DNA of 64,000 nucleotides, taken from assembly GCA_964247055.1 (NCBI GenBank), contig OZ176050.1, positions 14,756,001-14,820,000 of the forward strand, read 5' to 3'. Of this stretch, positions 26,883 through 38,809 are shown in pieces (position 1 is the stretch's first letter; every line of letters starts with the position of its first letter). The position numbers and the translations under genes were made by a program. This DNA comes from Paragordius varius. Its lineage: Eukaryota > Animalia > Nematomorpha. The notes beneath the pieces were generated by a model. It saw only the letters and a program-made list of their open reading frames with translations. It did no database searches and had not been told where the DNA came from.

Positions 26883-27224
26883 CTAATATAAATACTTAGA
26901 TATTACATAAAACGTAAAATTTAATGAAATAAATTGTTTTTAGCATAATATAATTTCTTAAATACAACAAAAAAGTAGTAGAACTTTAATTGAAATTACT
27001 TCCAAAGCCTATATCTAAAACTGTTTCCATAATGCCATTTCATGAACACCTTTAAAACAAATGCCACATTCTTAGTAAAAAGTGTTATCCAAATGCAACA
27101 TAAATCTTACACTTTTTCAACCTTTTCTAACAATATGTTGCAAATTATATTTAATTTTGACATTATCTATTTAATTCAATGGTACACATCCAAACATGCA
27201 ATTGTTATATTAAACAATCTAAAC

Positions 27225-27344
27225 CCTTAGGTGTTGTATGATTTAGGGAAATTCCTTTATCAGCCAATGATTTGAGAATATCGGTGCTATTAAGAAATAA
27301 TTCGTCAACGGATGCATTTCTTTCACTTGACCGAGAATCCAATA
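27225..27344 (-). pseudogene. Antisense exon A (no acceptor AG)
   Basis: LDSRSSERNASVDELFLNSTD... Confidence 0.8.
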
Positions 27345-27606
27345 ATATTTTATAAAGCCAATAGGTTAGAAGTGTTAGGATTGATGAACATCACATGGTT
27401 TTAATAATGAAATGAGATTAAAATGTTTTTTGTTTAAAAGGTGTTTGTGAAATGACATTATGGAAACAGTTTTAGATGCAGACTTTAGAAGTACACATTT
27501 CGAAGTTCTACTACTTTTTTGTTGTATTTAAGAAATTATATTATGCTAAAAACAATTTATTTCATTAAATTTTACGTTTTATGTAATATCTAAGTATTTA
27601 TATTAG

Positions 27607-27714
27607 AATTTGATTCTGTCTCAAACAAATCTATCGAATCTAACAATACCAAAAAATCATCTGATATCAATATAGATAAGGCAGTAAATGGAATCGCTAA
27701 TAAATCATCTCAAG
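27607..27714 (+). pseudogene. Exon B with donor GT>TT
   Basis: CTCAAG|ttaaaa; frame open. Confidence 0.75.
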
Positions 27715-27943
27715 TTAAAAAATATATTTTAATTCTACATGCGTTATAATGTTAATTTTTACAGTTTTTAATGCTTTGCTGTTATCAGAGTCATTTAATA
27801 ATAATATGGTTAATATTTTCTCAAAAGCTCCATTTTTAACTTATATTAATCACCGTCCCTTTACTAGAAATCCTCTTATTTTCTCTGGTTCAGAATCTTG
27901 TAGAAAAGTCAATTTATTAGTGAAATGCTTTAATGGTTTAAAT

Positions 27944-30900
27944 CAGGCGTACTAACCAAAAAAATTAAACGGGCCAAATATATTTTTTCGAAGGCTATGA
28001 ACTTTATTATGGCAAATATAATAATTTATACTCTAAATAGCACAATGAATTTTTTCAGATCCATGTAAATTCAGCCCAAAGCTCATTTTGCACCATTAAG
28101 TTTAATTACGATATTTTGATATGCAGTTTGCACTTCAATAGTGTCCTTACACACTTCAAGTCGGTCATTAAACATTTTAATTTGGTCCTTAAAATTTTAT
28201 TTTAATTAATCATAATATTTGCATTTATTTTTTTGTTTTATTATTTTTTAACCCAATTTTCTTTTATATAATTCATTTAAAAATAAAAATTTTTATTCGA
28301 AAACCACTTTTTATTTCCAACTAATTTTTTTTCCAATTTAACAAAATTATTAGAAAACTGCAAATAATAACTCAAAAAACTTATATATTATTGAATTGGT
28401 CTTAAAATCTTATAAATATCCAAAATTATAATAAAGATATACGGTTTGTCAGTGATTAACTGTTTATATGGATTTAAAATTTTTGTTAAATAATAGAAAA
28501 TAGGTTTAAAACTATAAAATAGATGAATGATATACGATTTGATTGATAAAAATTAAAAAAAACAAAATAGTCAAGAGACCAACTTGAATTGTTCAAGAAA
28601 TTTGAAGTGTTCAAGAACCAACTTGAAATGTTCAAGGAACAACTTGAAATGTTCAAGGTCAATCTTGAAATGCAAATGGTATAACAACCACTAATTTTTA
28701 ACAAATTTGGTTTCACCTCATGACAGGCTCATCTTAATACGACGTTTATATTATCATAGGTAAGCGACATGTATGTATTTATGGCATTCTTAATTTTTGA
28801 ATATGCCGTCTCTAACGTGTAAGTTGAGGGAATAACAGTTAGGAATACTTGAGTACATTTTTTTATATTTTCATATTTATTTGACACATCTCGAAAAAAC
28901 ACTAATCTTTCTTCGCTACGAATCTCCTTGAATATAGCCTCAAAATTGGAATCATTTTTAAAATCTATAAATTTTTCCAAGATATGCGCCTGATCAAAAC
29001 CGAAATGCTTAAGTTGCTTAAAATTCGATATATCCATATGCCCCACGGATTAGCAACGAGTCTTAAGCAATTTTTAATATTTCTTTATTGAAAAATTTCA
29101 TCTGCGGTAATAATCTCTTTATGAATTGTTTTAAGTTGGAAAATATAGGAGTGGTTATATAAAATCTTGTTTCTATCATGTCGACTCTAGTCCTCATTCA
29201 TCCATTAGCACATTCATTAAAGTTTCAGAACTTGATCCCCCAATTTTACCTGATGAAGTTCAATACGCCTTAAAACAATTTTCATCCTCCAACTCCTTAG
29301 GTTACAATGATATCCCAATAAAAATTCTTCACACAATCCCCCTCTATTTCTTAACTGATCTTTTACAAAAAGTTTTTCAAACCTGTATTTGGCCGGATGA
29401 TTAGATTAAATCTTTTCTCCTACCCTTTTTTAAAAAGGGAAATCCCCATCTTTGTCAGAACTATAGAATGATCGCTATCACTAATAAACTATCTAAACTT
29501 CTTCTCAAGATTATACTGAAAAGAATCTCATCCTCGTTGGACTATGAAATATCTGAGGTGCAGGCTGGCTTTAAAGCAAAGAGAAACACTACCAATCATA
29601 TAGTTAATCTTAATACAATAATTCGAAGATACAATGAATTTGGGAAAAGTCTATATTGCTGCTTTTTAGACTTCAGTATGGCATTTGATACAGTCAACCA
29701 CGACTGCCTATGGAGAATATTACGATCCTCTGGAGTTTCCCCGCACATAATACTCCTGCTTCAATCGCTGCATTCTAGACAAACAGCTGCGATTAAAACT
29801 CAATTCGGTCCACCGACTGGTTTCCTATTCTCAGAGGTGTGAGACAAGGATGTGTCCTTTCTCACCTCCTATTTAACTTATACACAGAAACATTAATACG
29901 CAATTGTAACTTTCCACAACATATTGGGGCACGGATCGGTGGTCTAACTATTTGCAATCTCCGGTACGCCGATGACACCATTCTCTTGTCAGAATCCTAC
30001 ACGGACATGACCTATCTTTTAAATAATCTCACCATCGAAGCAAGTTTGATGGGTCTTAAGCTGAACCCAGCTAAATCTAAAATAATGATCCTAAACGCTC
30101 CACAACTACTATTTACAATCAATAACTCCCCCATCGAACTAACCGATTGAAAATATCTAGGCTACATAATTACATCCGACGGTACCTCGGATCCCGACAT
30201 ACAAGCACGACTAGCATTGGGACGTGCTACTATGGGTAAATTGTCCAAAATTTGGAACTCGTCGGTCATAAGACTTTCAACCAAACTTGCCATCCTGAAG
30301 GCGATGATATACCCCGTAGCAATTTATGGGTCCGAATCATGGATATGCAATTCCATTGACAAAGCCCGCATAAACTCTTTTCAAATGTGGTGCTTTCGAA
30401 AAATATTGAGAATCTCCTGGAAAGCCCACATCTCCAATTCTTACATACTCAAATTCATTAAACCCGAATTTTTACTTTACGATTTAATAACCTTTAAACA
30501 GCTAAAATATCTGGGTCATATCCTGCGATCCGACTCGCTAGAAAAAGGCATACTCTTTGGGTTGGTAGATGGCAACCGCAGAAGGGGCCGACCCAAAAAG
30601 CGGTGGATCGATGTGCTCAAATCAATAACAAATCTAACCTTTCATCAACTGTTGAGAGAAACACAGGATCGCCTAAAATGGAAACACTAATCTATGAGAA
30701 AGCCAAGAGTCAGTATATGACTAGCTTATAACAACACAATACTTCTTCAAAAGCAAATATTTGATTAGCAAATTAGGTTATTATTTTGCGCCCTCGAAGA
30801 CTTGTATTGAAAATACTAAGTTTATTAGTAATGTGGCTTAGGTAGGCTAATGAAATCCATTCGTCACTTTTAACTTCCCAATGGAATTCCGTGTCTTAAA

Positions 30901-31446
30901 ACAAAAAAACTATTTAGTACTTTGCTAAGGCATAATCATCACGCAGCGGTGTACAAAAAAATATAATAAAACTCACTGTGGACATCTTTAAGGTTTTTGA
31001 AATTACAGCGGTAGAATTCTCAGCCACGGATGTGGTTAACAATGTCCACAAGCGTTTTAATTACTGAATTTTGTGATTATATTTTACATGCGAAACCTTT
31101 CTGATGAATAAAGCAGTTAAAGGATAAAATATTTTGCAAATAGAAGAAATCCTTTGTTTATTCTAATCATAGAGAGACAGCCATCTATGCAGATCGAAAC
31201 CACCATTTATTGGTCTTTCCCATTGCTCGTATACTCATTGTTTTGTGACATATTAAATGATTCGACAGATTTCCGTTTGACGAAATAAGAAATGGAGGGC
31301 ATGTTGGAATTCAGACCCAAAATTTGAGATGATTACTGATTTATATAAATAATACGATATAACTCAAATTCTATGTGTTTGTATAATGTCAGATAAACAT
31401 AGCGTCTGTATCAACTAATTGATTGCGCACTTTTCATTAGTCGTTC
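27944..31446 (-). mobile_element. hAT/mariner remnant, type II with RTE fragment
   Basis: ORF 28729-29046 hAT dimerisation motif. Deletion at ~31446 removes the mariner TIR. Confidence 0.85.
29172..30737 (+). mobile_element. 5'-truncated RTE (BovB-like) LINE, copy 2
   Basis: Same junctions as copy 1; YADD present; frameshift ~29810 and deletion ~30148. Confidence 0.9.
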
Positions 31447-31592
31447 TTAAGGTCCTTGTTCAAGTTGGTCCTGAACACCATATGTTTGTCCTTAGAACAT
31501 TAAGTTAAAAACATTTTAATCTCATTTCATTAATAAAACCATGTGATATTCATCAATCCTAACACTTTAAACCTATTACCTTTATAATATAG

Positions 31593-31711
31593 GATTGGAT
31601 TCTCGGTCAAGTCAAAGGAATGCATCCTAGACAAATTATTTGTTAATAATACCGATATTCTCAAATCATTGGCTGATAAAGGAATTTCGCTAAATCATAC
31701 AACATCCAAAG
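31593..31711 (+). pseudogene. Exon A with a 1-nt deletion and stop
   Basis: 119 nt; GCA TCC TAG. Confidence 0.75.
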
Positions 31712-32091
31712 GTTTTGTTGACTATAAGAATTGCATGTTTGGATGTGTACCATTGAATTAAATAGATAATGTCAAAATTAAATATAATTTGCAACATATT
31801 GTTAGAAAAGGCTAAAAAAGTGTATGATTTAATTTGTCTCCGTTAAAATGTTGCACTTGCATTAAAATGCTTTTGAATATAAAAAATGTGTCTTTGTTTA
31901 AAGGGTTTTTATGGAAGGGCATTATAGAAACTGTTTTAGATATAGGCTATGGGAATACACATTTAGGTTAAAGTTCTACTATTTGTAGTAGTATTTATAT
32001 GAAATTATATTATACTATAAACATCAAATTATTTATTATCATTATCTAAATTAATTTTTGGTTTTATGTAATATTTAACTATTTACATTAG

Positions 32092-32199
32092 AAATCGATT
32101 CTGCCTCAAACCAATCTATCGAATCTAACAATACCAACAAATCATCTGATATCAATATAGATAAGGCAGTAAATGGAATCGCTAATAAATCATCTCAAG
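32092..32199 (+). CDS. Exon B (intact)
   Basis: 108 nt: IDSASNQSIESNNTNKSSDINIDKAVNGIANKSSQ. Confidence 0.7.
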
Positions 32200-32433
32200 G
32201 TAAAAAATAAATTTTTATTTTACATATATATGATGTAAATTACAGTTTTTAATGCGTTTTCCATTTGCTCTTTTCAAAGTCATTTACCTAATCTTTCGGT
32301 AAAATTTTATTAAAAACTCCATTTTTTACTTATATTAATCCACGTCCCTTTACTATGAAATCTTTTTGTTTTCTATGGTTCAAAATTTTGTAGAAAAGTC
32401 AATTTATTAGTGGAATGCTTTAATGGTTTAAAT

Positions 32434-33972
32434 CAGTGGTACTCAATAAAAAAAATTAAATGAGCCAAATAAAATATGTTTTTTTCGAGGGCCATTAACC
32501 TTATTATGGCAAATATATTTGACATATATGCACATATTTATACTCTGAATCAGCACAATGTTTTGCCATGTAAATTTAGGTGAAAACTCGTTTAGCACCA
32601 TTTAGTTTAAAAATTAAGATATTTCGTTATAACCAATTTGACAAATTTAGTTTCGCCTCATGACAGGCTCATCTTACTACTTCGTCCATATGATCATCGG
32701 TTAAGCGATATCTATGTATTCATGGCATACTTCATTTTTGTACCGTCTCACACGTGTAAGTTGAGGGAAAAACAGTTAGCATATCTTGAGCACATTTTTC
32801 ATATTTTCATTTTTATTTGACACATCTTGTCAACTCTAAATATATCTCTTCGATTCTTCTTGAATATAGCCTCAAAATTGGAATCATTTTTTAAATCTAC
32901 AAATTTTTCCATGATATGCGCTTGATCAAAACCGGAATGCTCAAGTTGCTTAATAATGGATATATCCATATGCCACCTATTTTCAAAGAGTTTTAACCAA
33001 TTTTAATATTTTATTCTTGAAACTTAGATAAAAAGATAAATGATTGTCTATTATTAATTTAATATCCGTGGTAAACCATATTCTCTTCATAAATCGCTTT
33101 TAGTGTTGGAAAATATAGGAGTGTTTTATTTATTAATTCTTGTTTATATATTATTAATTTTTCTTGTAAAGCAAATATTTGTTTGGCAAATTGGGTTATT
33201 ATTTTGCTCCCTTGAAGACTTGTGTTGAATATACTAAGTTTATAAGTATTTATCGCAAAGGTAGGCTAATAAAACCTTCCATTTGTCATCATAAATTTCC
33301 TCGTCAACCTTTCTGTTATCTTTTAATAATAATGGATTTTCATTTTATAAAACATAAAATCTCTTAATACTTTGCTAAGGCTTAGTCATCAGCATCACAC
33401 AGCAGTGGACTAAAGAATATAATCAAACACGCTGTCTTTCATAAGGTTTGTAAATTTACGGCGGTTGAATTCTCTGCCAGGATGTGGTTACCAATGTCCA
33501 CAACCGTTTTAATTACTGAATTGAGTGATTAACTTTTACACGCGTAACCTTGCTGATGAATAAAGCAGTGAAAGGATAAAATATTTTGCAAATCATATGT
33601 GCTTTTCAAAAGAGAAAGAAATCCTTTCTTTATTCCAATCATAAAGGGACGGCCATCTGTACAGATTGAAACCACCTGTTTATTGATCTTTCCCATCGCT
33701 TGTATACTCATTGTTTTGTGACATATTAAATGATTCGACAGATTTCCGTTTGACGAAATAAGAAATGGAGCTCATGTTGGAAATTTTCAGACCCAAAATT
33801 TGAGATGATTACTGATTTATATAAATAATACGATATTTTTAGGCAATATCAAATTCTGTGAGTTTGTATAATGTCAGATAAACATAGCGTCTGTATCAAC
33901 TAATTCATTGCGCACTTTTCGTTAGTCGTTTTTTAGTTAAACTGATGATGACTTATGACTAAACCTTGTTAA
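32434..33972 (-). mobile_element. hAT/mariner remnant, type I
   Basis: ORF 33529-33711 reads through the junction: mariner IQAMGK, then hAT VVSICTDG..MIG..KGF...HCFIHQ. Confidence 0.88.
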
Positions 33973-34245
33973 CATAAAAGTGCATAGGTAAAATGTAATC
34001 ATAATAACAATAAATCAGCTAAGGTTTTATTAAAATTTTAAAGATGCATCCGGCCACCATTCATAGGTCGCAGTTATAATCTTTAATACCCATTTTGACT
34101 TAAGGTCCTTGTTCAAGTTGGTCCTGAACACCATATGTTTGTCCTTAGAACATTAAGTTAAAAACATTTTAATCTCATTTCACTAATAAAACCATGTGAT
34201 ATTGATCAATCCTAACACTTTAAACCTATTGCCTTTATAATATAG

Positions 34246-34365
34246 GATTGGATTCTCGGTCAAGTCAAAGGAATGCATCCATTGACAAATTATTTGTTAA
34301 TAACACCGATATTCTCAAATTATTGGCTGTTAAAGCAATTTCGCTAAATCATACAACACCTAAGG
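34246..34365 (+). CDS. Exon A (intact)
   Basis: 120 nt: LDSRSSQRNASIDKLFVNNTDILKLLAVKAISLNHTTPK. Confidence 0.7.
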
Positions 34366-34713
34366 GTTTAGTTTGTTTAATATAACAATTGCATGTTTGG
34401 ATGTGTACCATTGAAATAAATAGATAATGTCAAAATTAAATATAATTTGCAACATATTGTTAGAAAAGGTTGAAAAAGTGTAAGATTTATGTTGCATTTG
34501 GATAACGCTTTTTACTAAGAATGTGGCATTTGTTTAAAAGGTGTTTATGAAATGGCATTATAGAAACAGTTTTAGATATAGGCTTTGGAAGTACACATTT
34601 CGGTTAACGTTCTACTACTTTTTTGTTGTATTTAAGAAATTATATTATACTAAAAACATCAATTTATTATATTAAATTTTACGTATTATGTGAATTCTAA
34701 CTATTTATATTAG

Positions 34714-34821
34714 AATTTGATTCTGTCTCAAACAAATCTATCGAATCTAATAATACCAAAAAATCATCTGATATCAATATAGATAAGGCAGTAAATGGAA
34801 TCGCTAATAAATCATCTCAAG
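34714..34821 (+). CDS. Exon B (intact)
   Basis: 108 nt, AG/GT. Confidence 0.7.
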
Positions 34822-35487
34822 GTAAAAAATATATTTTAACATGTGTTATAATGTTAATTTATTCAGGTTTTAATGCTTTGCTGTTATCAGAGTCATTTAA
34901 TAATAATATGGTTAATATTTTCTCAAAAGCTCCATTTTTAACTTATATTAATCACCGTCCCTTTACTAGAAATCCTCTTATTTTCTCTGGTTCAGAATTT
35001 TCTAGAAAAGTCAATTTATTAGTGAAATGCTTTAATGGTTTAAATCAGGCGTACTAACCAAATAAATTAAACGGGCCAAATAAATAATTTTTCGAAGGCT
35101 ATGAACTTTAATATGGCAAATATAATAATTTATACTCTAAATAGCACAATGAATTTTTTCAGATCTATGTAAATTCAGCAGAAAGCTCGTTTTGCACCAT
35201 TTAGTTAAATTAAGATATTTTAATATGCAATACTTCAATAGTGCCCTTACACACTTCAAGTCGGTCATTGAACATTTTAATTTGGTCCTTAAAATTTTAT
35301 TTTAATTAATCATAATATTTGCATCTATTTTTTTGTTTTATTGTTTTTTAACCTAATTTTCTTTATTTATTATATATTTATTCATTTAAAATAAAAATTT
35401 TATTCGAAAACATCTTTTTATTTCAAACTAATTTTTTTTCCAATTTAACAAAATTATTAGAAAACTGCAAATAATGGATGGATAATT

Positions 35488-38484
35488 TTAGGATTCCATA
35501 TTCGGAATTTTATATCCATGAAGTAGCTTCCTCCATAAATTACGATCTTTACATTGTTCTGTGGAAAGGCTACGTTGATTCAAGTCCATTTTTATATTAT
35601 CATTATAAGAAAAGAGTGGTCGTCCCTTTCTTCTATTGCCATCAACATTAATGTTTTCAACAGTTTTTAACGGATGGGTGGCGTCTCTTCTCTGAGTATG
35701 ACCGTATAGACGCAATCTGTTAGTTTGAATTATATAATCGATTTTATCGTTTTCTTTAATGAAAATTGGTATTTCTGGTGTACGAAAGCAGCTTTTGAGT
35801 ATTCGATTCTCACTGGTTAGGAGTTTTGTTTGATTTGTTTTGTTTAATGCCCAGGTTTCAGAACCATAGGTAAGAGCAGGTCTTATTCCTGCCTTGTAAA
35901 GATACCATTTATTACGATTGTTAACATGTTTGTTTTGGAAAACATATTTTAATTGATTATATTTTATCCAACCTTGTTGTATTCTTCTTTTGATCGCCTT
36001 TTGTGGGCTTCCCTGAGATGATATGACATCTCCTAGGTACACGAAGGAGTCAACCAATTCGATGTCATGTCCATCAATGTTAAGTAGCTTTGGTCGATTA
36101 AAATTTTTATTGCTTGGGTCTAAGCAATTTAAGCATTTAAAATTAATTACATTTGTTAACTTGTTTTTTATTTTTGAGCACTTTTTGTGTACCCACAATT
36201 GACATGATATGCATTTAATGGAATTTGAACGTACTTCCTTACTGCAAATGTAACAGGGGTATCTGGGTGTTTCACTTTCACCCGTTATCATTATTTTTGT
36301 TTTTGTGGCGTTTATGATCATTCCATATTGTTCAAGGCATTTCTTCCACTTGGAATATGTATTTACCAGTTGATCCCATGATCGTGTCGTTATCACGAGG
36401 TCGTCGGCGAATAACATTTCCCAAGGGCATTCAGTTCTTATGTCTTGCGTTGCCGCATCCATTATAGTTATAAAAAGGAGTGGACTTAGGACTGAACCCT
36501 GATGTAGTCCAGCGTTTGTTGGGAAATTGTTTGTATTGCCAATATTGGTTCTAATGTTGGTTGTTGTATTTTTATAGAGTAGTAATAAAATTTGTATAGT
36601 ATGTTCTTCTATTCCCTTTTTACGTAGTGCCCATTGAATTGTGGAGCGTGGTATTTGGTCAAACGCACGTTCCAGATCTACAAAGACATGGTATAGCTTT
36701 TGTTTCTTTTCCAGATATTTTTCTTGTAAGCGTCTTAGGATGAACAAGGGATCAATTGTGCTACTGTTTGGACGGAATGCAAACTGATTTGAATCTAAGC
36801 TTATAAGTTTTCTCAGCCTGTTTTCTAAAATATTTTCGAATATTTTGAGTGTGTGTTCTAGAAGTTTTAAAGGTCGGTAGGACGATGTTTTTAAACGATC
36901 ACCTTTATTTTTATAAATGGGGATTATTATGCTGTTCTTCCAATCGTTGGGAGTTTGGTTTGTAATTATTATTTGGTTAAAGAGTTTTGTTAGATATTCT
37001 GCAGTGTTTGTGATGGGTCGAATGAGGTCGACTGAAAGGCTGCTTGGGCCTGGAGCTTTGTTACTTTTTAATTTATTGATTGCAGTTGTGACTTCATCTA
37101 TGGTGATTTCTTGTATGGGACCAGCTACTGGTGAAACTATGCTAATTTGTTTGGTCGGGTTTACTTGGTTGAGTTGTTTTTCTAAGTTCGTTTTCCAAAT
37201 TTCTTTGACTCTCGAGGGATTCGTTATTATATTATCATTATCATCTTTAATACATTTTATGGTTTTAACATCTTTATTACTATTGTTAAGGTTTTTGAGT
37301 CTTTTAAAAATCGTTTGGTTTTTAAAGTCTTTTTCTAAACTTTCAGCGATTTTAATGGATTTTTCATTCATAGCGTGTCGAATGGCTTTCTGGACCTTTC
37401 GTTTTTTGTCATCATAAACTTTTTTATCATCATTATTTTTCGAGCTTTTCCATTTTTTATATGCTTCGCCTTTTTCACGCAACAATGGTTTTATTTCATT
37501 TTTCCACCACCAGCTTTTCCGTTGCCTCATTGGTTTAGTAAAGCCACAATGTATTTTAGCAGATGTTAGAATTGTGCTTTTAAAATTTTTCCATAGAGTT
37601 TCAACATTGTTTTGTTCGGGAATATTTAACGCTGTGTTTTTGGTGTATTCGGTTAATAATTTTGACTCCTTTAACTTTGCTATGTTTATTTTTTGGGGTT
37701 GGAATGCGGTCTTACGGCTTTTCTCGATGATTAGAAATGCTGTTATTAGCTTGTGTTGGTAGGAGGGTTGATAGTAAGTTTTGATGTTTGTTAAATGTTT
37801 CCTAATGTTTTTGGGAATTAATATGAAGTCTATCATAGATGAGTGATCACCAGAATTATATGTTATGTGCTGGTTGCTTTTTTTCTTAAAATGGGTATTT
37901 GCGACTATGAGTTGATTTGCAATGCAAAAGTCTAGCAAACTCTCGCCCATCTTATCAAGGGCTCCAACGCCATTTCCACCATGCACGCCATGGTATTCAT
38001 TACTATCATTATTAATATGGCAATTAAAATCACCACCAACAAAAGTTTGTTCGCTAGAAGAAGTTTTGTTCATCAAATCATAGAGGGCTTCCCAATATTC
38101 GTTTTTTGATGCTTCGCTTAGACCAGATTGTGGTGCGTAAGTTGAAACTATATTTATTACATTATCATTCATCAATATTTTTATTTGAATCATTCTTGGA
38201 TTATGTCTTATTACATCAATTATGTTATCACGGTAGATGTTTTTAATGAAAATCGCAACACCACCTTGTCCCTTGTCATTTCCTTTAAAGAATAGTGTAT
38301 AATCGTCTAAGCTTTTCAATCCCTCTCCTTTCAATCTGGCCTCTTGGATGCAACATATATCTATATTTTTATGACTAAGAGTGTTTGTTACCATTAATAT
38401 TTTGTTAACTAGGGTACCCACATTCCAAGTAGCAAATTTCAGAACTTTTTTGTTATTATTACTAACGGTATTATTTATTTTCAT
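35488..38484 (-). CDS. RTE ORF: APE endonuclease + reverse transcriptase + PHD-like Cys/His insert (998 aa)
   Basis: TWNVGTL, CIQE, GDFN, IDFIL (APE); FVDLERAFD, GLHQGS, FADD (RT); CYIC..CISC..WVHKKC..CLNC. Uninterrupted ORF. Confidence 0.95.
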   Translation of the reverse strand: MKINNTVSNNNKKVLKFATWNVGTLVNKILMVTNTLSHKNIDICCIQEARLKGEGLKSLDDYTLFFKGNDKGQGGVAIFIKNIYRDNIIDVIRHNPRMIQIKILMNDNVINIVSTYAPQSGLSEASKNEYWEALYDLMNKTSSSEQTFVGGDFNCHINNDSNEYHGVHGGNGVGALDKMGESLLDFCIANQLIVANTHFKKKSNQHITYNSGDHSSMIDFILIPKNIRKHLTNIKTYYQPSYQHKLITAFLIIEKSRKTAFQPQKINIAKLKESKLLTEYTKNTALNIPEQNNVETLWKNFKSTILTSAKIHCGFTKPMRQRKSWWWKNEIKPLLREKGEAYKKWKSSKNNDDKKVYDDKKRKVQKAIRHAMNEKSIKIAESLEKDFKNQTIFKRLKNLNNSNKDVKTIKCIKDDNDNIITNPSRVKEIWKTNLEKQLNQVNPTKQISIVSPVAGPIQEITIDEVTTAINKLKSNKAPGPSSLSVDLIRPITNTAEYLTKLFNQIIITNQTPNDWKNSIIIPIYKNKGDRLKTSSYRPLKLLEHTLKIFENILENRLRKLISLDSNQFAFRPNSSTIDPLFILRRLQEKYLEKKQKLYHVFVDLERAFDQIPRSTIQWALRKKGIEEHTIQILLLLYKNTTTNIRTNIGNTNNFPTNAGLHQGSVLSPLLFITIMDAATQDIRTECPWEMLFADDLVITTRSWDQLVNTYSKWKKCLEQYGMIINATKTKIMITGESETPRYPCYICSKEVRSNSIKCISCQLWVHKKCSKIKNKLTNVINFKCLNCLDPSNKNFNRPKLLNIDGHDIELVDSFVYLGDVISSQGSPQKAIKRRIQQGWIKYNQLKYVFQNKHVNNRNKWYLYKAGIRPALTYGSETWALNKTNQTKLLTSENRILKSCFRTPEIPIFIKENDKIDYIIQTNRLRLYGHTQRRDATHPLKTVENINVDGNRRKGRPLFSYNDNIKMDLNQRSLSTEQCKDRNLWRKLLHGYKIPNMES

Positions 38485-38748
38485 AGTTTTGGTAGTTTTT
38501 ATTATAATATATATCAGAAAATATAGGGTATAAAAGTGTAAATAGGAAATATTATCAATAAATAGGAAATATTATCAAAATAATTATTATAAGTTGAATT
38601 ATTATTGTTATTTGAGATGTTGATAGGTTTTAATGTTCTTTCAAATTCATATTCATATTATTATACTTCATGGTTTATTGAGGCAATTTTTTACGTAACA
38701 CATGCCCTTGTGTACAACTAATGATTTTACAGATCATTAGAAAACTGG

Positions 38749-38809
38749 CCTTTGCCGTTAGCGCATTTTCATGCCCCAGCCAACACCACGGGGAGGTGGC
38801 AATAGGACT
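38749..38809 (-). ncRNA. HDV-like self-cleaving ribozyme core at the RTE 5' end
   Basis: P2 UUGCC/GGCAA; P3 ACC/GGU; L3 UCCCCGU; P1 3' strand GUUGGCU; P1.1 GG; P4 GCAU-GAAA-AUGC; J4/2 GCUAAC. The element's P1 5' strand is not evident. Confidence 0.8.

Larger units (their letters stand above)
26017..28454. repeat. Inverted-repeat structure 3 (spacer carries exon A antisense; arms homogenised)
   Basis: Arms ~26017-27061 and ~27429-28454. Confidence 0.92.
35475..38809 (-). mobile_element. Near full-length RTE-clade LINE
   Basis: Inserted in gcaaataa|taactc of the MITE (empty in other units), no TSD. (ATCC) tail right after the stop. ~325-nt 5' UTR, no ORF1. Confidence 0.93.

Noticed and set aside
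36917-37762. + strand ORFs inside the RTE
   Set aside because: Antisense shadows of the 998-aa ORF.
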